Below are positions 55,679-64,000 of a stretch of DNA of 64,000 nucleotides, in pieces (position 1 is the first letter of the stretch; each line of letters opens with the position of its first letter). A model generated the notes under the pieces. The model saw only the letters and a program-made list of their open reading frames with translations, was not told where the DNA came from and searched no databases. A program made the translations under genes and the position numbers. The stretch comes from Octopus sinensis (Eukaryota): contig NC_043012.1 of the NCBI RefSeq assembly GCF_006345805.1, positions 50,406,001 to 50,470,000 of the forward strand. The letters are read 5' to 3'.

Positions 55679-55814
55679 AGCTTGTTTACCAACCACATGG
55701 TTCGGGTTCAGTCCCACTGCGTGGCACCTTGCGCAAGTGTCTTCTTCTATAGCCTCGGGTCGACCAAAGCCTTGTGAGTGGATTTGGTAGACGGAAACTG
55801 AAAGAAGCCTGTCG

Positions 55815-55847
<33 letters not shown>

Positions 55848-56090
55848 TATTATATATATATAAATATGTGTGTGTGTGTGTGTGTGTTGTGTGTCTGTGT
55901 TTGTCCCTCCAACATCGCTTGACAACCGATGCTGGTGTGTTTACGTCGCCGTAACTTAGCGGTTCGGCAAAAGAAACCGATAGAATAAGTACTAGGCTTA
56001 CAAATAATAAGTCCTGGGGTTGATTTGTTCGACTAAAGGCGGTGCTCCAGCATGGCCACAGTCAAACGACTGAAACAAGTAAAAGAGAGT
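55679..56090 (+). mobile_element. SINE with internal (TA)n/(TG)n microsatellite
   Basis: B-box-like ggttcagtccc, body gccttgtgagtggatttggtagacggaaactgaaagaagcc, internal microsatellite, tail caacatcgcttgacaaccg..ggcggtgctccagcatggcc..ctgaaacaagtaaaagag; degraded copy at 318-510. Confidence 0.85.
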
Positions 56091-56786
56091 AAAGCGTGTT
56101 ACAATTGAAAATAACAATTTGCAACGAGGTACATTAGCAGTTTCTCATAATGCTCATCAAGTGAACTGGTTCGCTCAATTAGAACTAAGGTTATTCTCGA
56201 CAGATTTCCCTTTATCAAATGTAGCTGATCTAAGTCTTCATTTATTCGGAAAATACGACCGATTAGCTACCAGCACATAAGTATACGATATTGTGAGTTA
56301 TGTCAGTATGTGTAACCAACTGGCCAATGACTAAATCTTAAGTTACGTTACATATTCTATGTCTAGTTCCGTTCGTATATAATTATGTCTAGAACAATGG
56401 TGAAATTCAGAAGATAGGCAAAGGTGTCCAATTTACAAAAATCGAAACTATACCACCCAAACATCGAGTCTATATTAGAATTACGTAAAATATTTATATC
56501 AAAATCAGATATAACTGCATTTATTTCTCCATCATATGCAAGCACCAAATCATTCAGAAATCGTCACATGAGTACTTGCAAATCTACATGCGTACATATT
56601 TATATACCAGCATACACATACACATGAATGTATATATACCAACATAGACATACGTTTGCATACATATATACCAATATGTCTACCTATATTTACTTATATG
56701 TTACATGCAGATATATATATATATAACGCTCCTTGTAAAAGTTTGAGCGACTCTGCACAAGTAGGAAGAACAAACAGCTATATATA

Positions 56787-56834
<48 letters not shown>

Positions 56835-56900
56835 ACCGTTATGATATACATGCATATATACAAATATTGGGTCGTAAATAAATACGTATCTATCTATCTA

Positions 56901-56996
<96 letters not shown>

Positions 56997-57492
56997 TATA
57001 TATGTATGTATGTATGTTTATATATAATCATGTGTATATGTATGTATGTATATAAACAAAGTTCCACTCTGAAACCCATGAAGGAAATTCTAACATAATT
57101 AATTGGCATGTTTGATCGTTTGAGCAATTTTAGCTTAACTTTCCATTACTTGGCTATATCTCCGTCCACATCAATACAAGGACAGGCAGCGTAAATCTCT
57201 AAATAAACAACAAGCATTCTAAAGTACATCCACACCAGATATCGAATTACAAAACTATGAATGCATATATATATATGTACACATAATTAGAACTCATAGG
57301 AACAATGAAAATACTATATACAATTAGGGAAGTATGAAAAAAACATACAAGAACATGGCTTTAAAACAATGAGGTAGCTTAGAATGTTATTGAGTTTGTT
57401 TTATGGATATATAATAGCATTTGTGTTGTTTTTTTCTTCTGTCACCAGGTATTTTCACACAATATGCATCATGGTACTGACACATGGGGTAG

Positions 57493-57547
<55 letters not shown>

Positions 57548-58475
57548 GTATATATAAATATATATATATATACATATGTACGTATCTATACATATATTTA
57601 TCTGTATATATATATATATATAATATATATATATATATAAAAATGTATATATGTATGTATATATATTCATATATACTTAAAGATATGCATATGTGCACAC
57701 AATCTATATATGAATAAATGTAAACATACCTATATACATATGTATATGTATATGCATATACATACACACATGTACATACATATATAGATAGGTGTGTATA
57801 CACATACATACATACGTATAATGGTCTTTAATATAACTGATGTTAATATCCATGAACTGTTTTATTAAATGCACACCTATGATTCCCGGCTGTTTGCTTT
57901 GATGTTTTACACCAGAGCTACTCAGCATATTAAAAAAATGTAATATTAAACACAGGATGTAACGATCTAAAAGCCAATATATTGGTAACTATTTTAGAAT
58001 TCAATTGGTCTTTTCCCGACTGGTATTTTTTTTCAATAGTATATTGCATGTCGATTGTCAAATGATTATTTATATGAAAGGAGTGTCTGGGAAAAGAGAA
58101 AGGTTTCAATAATTAACATGACTTTTTCATATTGATATCTGCATATCACAAAGAATGGCCTTTGAGTATATTCAGTAAATTGGTAGGTCCCAATAAATAA
58201 ATAAATATATACATAAACATAAAAATGAAAAGAAACATGGAAAAATAAGCAGCCCTAAAGAATATAATATACAAAGGAATAGTAGAAAGACACAGCATAT
58301 GTTTTCGAGCTATGAATACTATTATGTACATTATACATGAATGTGAAATATGTATCAGATACATACGGTGTACAGGCATACAGACGGTAAAGAATGTACA
58401 GACACACACATACATACACACACAGAAACATTGCACACATATATCTACATCTCTCTCTCTCTCTCTCTCTCTCTG

Positions 58476-58522
<47 letters not shown>

Positions 58523-58643
58523 CTATATAATCATATCACCTCAGTTGTATTACCGGGCAGGCATGCACCTCAGGACAAGTACACCTACAAATACACATGC
58601 ATCTAAATTCATACTAGCACATGCATACATCATACATATGCAA

Positions 58644-58684
<41 letters not shown>

Positions 58685-58833
58685 AAAATATATATATATG
58701 TATATATAAGGTATTATATATATATATGTATATACGTATATATGTGTATGTATGAATATGTATAGATATATATATATATTATGTATATGTATTTATATAG
58801 TTATATGTAGCCATATATATTATATACATACAT

Positions 58834-58896
<63 letters not shown>

Positions 58897-59607
58897 GTAA
58901 GTCAATCTTATTCACGTAATTTTTAGTCATGTGCTAACATATATTGGATATTAGAGTAAATGTCTGTTTTTTTTTTGAACTCCAGTACAGATCTATAAGA
59001 ATTGTGTAAAACATCGTGAAAGCGCACATAACATGTTAGTAATACAATGATTGTTTTCAGTAAATTGTAATGTTATGCATATTTTTAACGCCATCGGTTG
59101 TTACCCTCAATTTTAACAGGAAACCTCAATAGTTTTGTATAGATTGATATGAAATGATATGAAAATTTACTTAGTGACGAAAGAAAGTAATGTTCAAAGT
59201 CTTTAAATGTATTTTATGTATAAGAAGATTAGAGACTGGTTCAGAAAATACATGCATGCATTGGCTCACACTCGTACACACTAATGCACTCACACGGTTT
59301 TATATACATATTGTATGTATATATATTTGTGAGTGTGAATGGATGGGTGTGTGACTGAGTGTGTAAATTCATATTTTTAAGTACACGCACGTATTGCACA
59401 GAAAGGAAGATAACAGGAAAACGTAGTCATAGTTTATCGACATGTTAGAAATATGCGATATACTTTCCTAAACAGGCATGCAATCCGCCAAAAAACAGAA
59501 AAGATAAACACATGTGTATTTCTATACATACATTACATACACACACGAACATGCGTGTGTATCTATGTTTATTTATCATCTATCTATCTATCTCTCTCTC
59601 TCTCTCC

Positions 59608-59648
<41 letters not shown>

Positions 59649-59751
59649 GTGTCAGTTTTTCTGTTTGTCTGACTGCGTGTCGATCTCTGACTCTGTATGT
59701 ATATAACATGTGTGTGTATGTGTGTGTTTGTACATATGTATATATATATAA

Positions 59752-59817
<66 letters not shown>

Positions 59818-61129
59818 CATAGAGAGAGAGAGATATATAATAGATAGATATGTATACATGTACATACATATATATACATGCACACACACACACACACACA
59901 TATATATATACATACACGCATATATATATATGTATGTATATATGTATGCATGTATGTATGTATGCATGTGTATATATATATATATATATAATATATATCA
60001 GAGAACGGAAGACTATGCAGCAGGTTTAAGATGTAAGTAGTTGCCACTGGAAAACCATTGTCAATGCTCAGGTCTATAGTGATCTCTCTGTGAGAGAAAG
60101 AAAAACCGAAGGAACGTGTCCTTCACAGAGACTAGGGATTCTACCACAACATTTTTATGCACATTTCAGAGGAGAGTAGAGAGTTGCACTTTTTGCTTAG
60201 CAATGATAGTGAAATACAGTCAGAGTAGATGCGAGATTCAAAGTTGTTATTGGTATCGATGTTTTTGCCGAATCCTAGAAATTATTCCTTCAGCATGGTG
60301 ACAATTGAAAGCTCCGAAAACGTAAAGAAGTAAATCTGTAATATATGCTTTTCTGAAATATTCATATAATGCCACCAGCAATCAATATCAGCCATCTCCT
60401 AAGTTGCCAAATTCCATTTCGCTTTACGTTATCTGGTGAAAGTGTGTGGTGCAGTGGTCCGGGCATTGCATTTATGATCGGAAGGATGGCATTTTCTATT
60501 TCTTTTTGCGGTTACATTGTGTTTGGGAAAAAACGTAGCATTTGAATTTACTCCTGTCCTTAAAGCTGAAATGGGTAAACCTGCGGCCGTATGGCGTCTA
60601 GTTTAGGCGACATTTTGATTTCTTTCATTAAAAGACATAGAAAACGAGAAACGGAATAATGAGGTACTGGAGTCGAGTAATTAATGGGACATGATAAAAC
60701 TACAGCAATAAAATACAAATAATTCGAATTTTTCATGATTTCATTCCAGATAAGTTTCATTCCTTCCACTACCACCAGGAGAGTCACACCAGACAAGAAG
60801 GCCTGAACTACAAGAGAATGACGAATCAATTTCCTACATGGTTTTGTGTGCATAAATACACACACACACACACACATATGCACACACGCTCACATACACA
60901 CAGATAGATAGATATACCTATATATATATAGGTATATAGGTGTGTTTGTTTGTTGGCGTTTAATCTTCATTTGTCAAGTTAAATTAATTAAATTATGGTA
61001 AAATATTACTCAACAAATTTATTCCAGAGTAATCATTTACAAGAAATATTGAGGATCTACCTTAACACGATTCTTGACAGAAGTCCAAAGATGCGAAGAC
61101 ACTTTCAGCACTCATTTTTAAATACATAA

Positions 61130-61221
<92 letters not shown>

Positions 61222-61240
61222 AACCTATCTATCTATCTAT
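61130..61240. repeat. (ATCT)n tetranucleotide microsatellite
   Basis: Directly visible. Confidence 0.97.
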
Positions 61241-61252
61241 TTAGATATATAT

Positions 61253-61285
<33 letters not shown>

Positions 61286-61463
61286 TATATATAACTATCT
61301 ATCTATCTATCTATCTATCTAGATATATGTCTATCTATCTTTCTCTCTCTCTGTCTTTATATATATATACCTATAATACACACACACACTTGCATTTATA
61401 CGCACACACGCACACACATATATAATGTCTGTACGAGTTTGGGTGTATATATGTCATGCATAT

Positions 61464-61510
<47 letters not shown>

Positions 61511-62512
61511 TTTATATATATTATTTGCAAAGAACGAGTACCATTCACAGATGGGTAACTAAAAATACTTGTATTCCATCATTCCGATAAATTTATGACT
61601 CATTTTGTTCGAACAAATAACCCCCAGGGTGGAATTCACAGTTTACATTTTTTCTTTCCCTTTTTTGCTTGCCCCTATAAATTTGTTTCGGTGTCATAGA
61701 AAGAAAAACGCTCTCTCTACAGATTCCCTAATACAAGAATGCGTTGTTCACTTCGAATTACCTGATTGTCTGCTCTCCTAAATCTTGTTACAACCTATAT
61801 CTTGTAAACTTTTGCCTTTACTACAGTCTTGAACCAATGTAGTAACACATTCAGTGATGTAATGCTTTAAACTCAATATCACTTCAAAATCATAAAGAAA
61901 GAAGCTGAAAAGTAAATATATTTTTATCTAGACAATCGAATAATCAAATTACTCGCATACAGGAAATTATGTGGTTTATTTGAATTTTGAAACGGATACA
62001 ATTAATTAAATGCCATATGACATATTAGATACACAGTTTCCATAAGTCTCGATCAATGTTTTATGAATTACAATGATGCTCCACTTTATTCAGATTTGTT
62101 TACATTGTAATTGATAGTCTTACGTCTTCAAAAAATTGTACTATATTGTATAGATTATATAAAATAGGATTTCTTTATGAACACATACAGAATTCATAAC
62201 ATAAAAGCGCTGAACTTAAAATTTTCGCCTATTTCTCACTGATTCATTGCATTAATAAGTGTAATAAAGTAAGGAATACTGCAGATATAATGGTGTCGGC
62301 AATTTTATTGGTCGTTTCATTTTAATATGAGACTTTGGTGCAGTTTGATTTTATGAATGTCTCGGATGATATAATTTGGTAGGTTTTGATGTATACTTTA
62401 ATGATTACGGAATATTTATCATAATTATGAAATTCTTTGATACAATTAGATTTAAATCTCCCTATGGCGAAATTAACTACATTACTTAATTAATGAAAAT
62501 AATAATGGTTAA

Positions 62513-62706
62513 TATTTTGGCACAATTCCACTAAATTCGGAGGAGGGGTTAAGTCGAATACATCGAACCCACTGTTTGACTGGCATTTATTTTATCGGTC
62601 GATAATTGATAAGAGACAAAGTCATTCTCGGCAAAGTTTGAACTCAGAACGTAAAAACGGACGAAATGACGCAAAGTATTAGCCCGGTGCTCTAACGAAT
62701 GTGCCT
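62513..62706 (-). mobile_element. SINE (gttagcacgcc family)
   Basis: tttgaactcagaacgtaaaaacggacgaaat..ctaacga matches 31958-32090. Confidence 0.8.
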
Positions 62707-62712
62707 TAAAAG

Positions 62713-62907
62713 TCCTTTCTACTTAAGGCTCAAGGCCTGAAAGTTTGGCCGCTCATATCGACTCCAGCGCAAAACTGATACTGATTTCATCGACCCCGAA
62801 TGGATGATAGGAAGAGACGATATTTGGAATTTCAAATCAGAATGTGAATTCGGACAAAATCCTGCAAAGCATTTTGCACGGCGTGCTAACGATTCTGCCA
62901 GTTGGCT
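62713..62907 (-). mobile_element. SINE (gttagcacgcc family), adjacent same-orientation copy
   Basis: atcgaccccgaatggatga..gcattttgcacggcgtgctaacgattctgccag matches the family. Confidence 0.82.
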
Positions 62908-63699
62908 GTTATTTACAATTAATCGTGTGAATTTCAGCTTGGAAGTGTAATAAAGTGGAAAGTGCAAAATTTTATCATCATCGTCATCATCCTACGAGCT
63001 GATTAAATATTACTTTTGTTACGAAACTAGAAAACACATTCATAGATTTATATTTAAAATAATTGTTTGAAATAAATAGAATAGAATCCTTCATGTTACT
63101 AGGAAAAAAGCATTTTAATTTGGATTCCTAATACAGAGAAAATCAGCAATTAATAATAAACATTAATGCAGACTTGTGAGGTATGTAGAAATATATATAC
63201 CATAAGTTTAAGTACCTTGTTTACAAAGATAAATCATTAATTAAATTTTAATTGCAGTATTCATTTTCTGTACATGAATATAATGCATTGTTTTGAAATG
63301 TGAATGTAAACATAACCGAAAATTATTACAGACATCTAAAGAAAATATGTGTGTTTAATAAACAGAAGGAAAATATAAGTATCTAAACAAGTGCTAATTG
63401 TAATTATTAACATCATGCTGAGGGGAATAATGTGTTTGCATAGGGAAATTCTTCCATTTTATTTACAAATGAAGTTGTAACTATCCATCGATGGTGCATA
63501 ATGATAGTGATAAATATCTAGTAATGATAGAGTTTTAAGACGTTCATAAATGATGTCAAATTATTATATATTAACATTGTGAAAGTTAAATAATTAATTA
63601 AATTAACATTATCGTAAACATTGTTCTAATTAATGTCATGTTTCCCTCCACGTGACATGCATCTCAACCATTTAGCACTACACAAGATTTTACATATAT

Positions 63700-63751
<52 letters not shown>

Positions 63752-64000
63752 AGCACACACACATATAGATATTTACATATGTATATGTAGGCATATTTAA
63801 ATGTTAGTATATGCGTTTCTTACTGTCTCTGTATAATATATATATACACACATATATACACGCATACACACATACACACAAGCACACACATATATATAAT
63901 ATATATATATATACATATGCGTATGTATGTATGTATGAATATTTGTATGTATGTATGTGTGTACCTAATGTATGTGTATGCGTGTGTGTATAGTAAGTGA

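Noticed and set aside
57449-57488. Plus-strand exon-like segment after a strong polypyrimidine tract
   Set aside because: Frame ambiguous, weak donor running into microsatellite; resemblance of VLTHG to a caspase motif is too short to trust.

Overview
AT-rich, microsatellite-saturated animal genomic DNA, intronic or intergenic. The interspersed repeat families look like those I recall from octopus genomes (inference, not a database result). No host protein-coding gene, true tRNA/rRNA gene or CRISPR array can be supported; almost all listed ORFs are translations of (TA)n, (CA)n or trinucleotide tracts. Real content: two tandem 5'-truncated R4/Dong-like non-LTR retrotransposons in a (TAA)n tract, a decayed Tx1/L1-type LINE, three mariner relics, a non-autonomous Helitron, several tRNA-derived SINEs, fold-back MITEs and Penelope-like fragments. 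The most notable observations are (i) a complete type I hammerhead ribozyme fold present twice, in the identical arms of an inverted repeat at 33.9-35.1 kb, (ii) a ~545-bp-arm palindrome with an 8-nt spacer at 40.8-41.8 kb, and (iii) a direct-plus-inverted triplication at 28.6-29.5 kb. The inverted structures could be biological or assembly artefacts.
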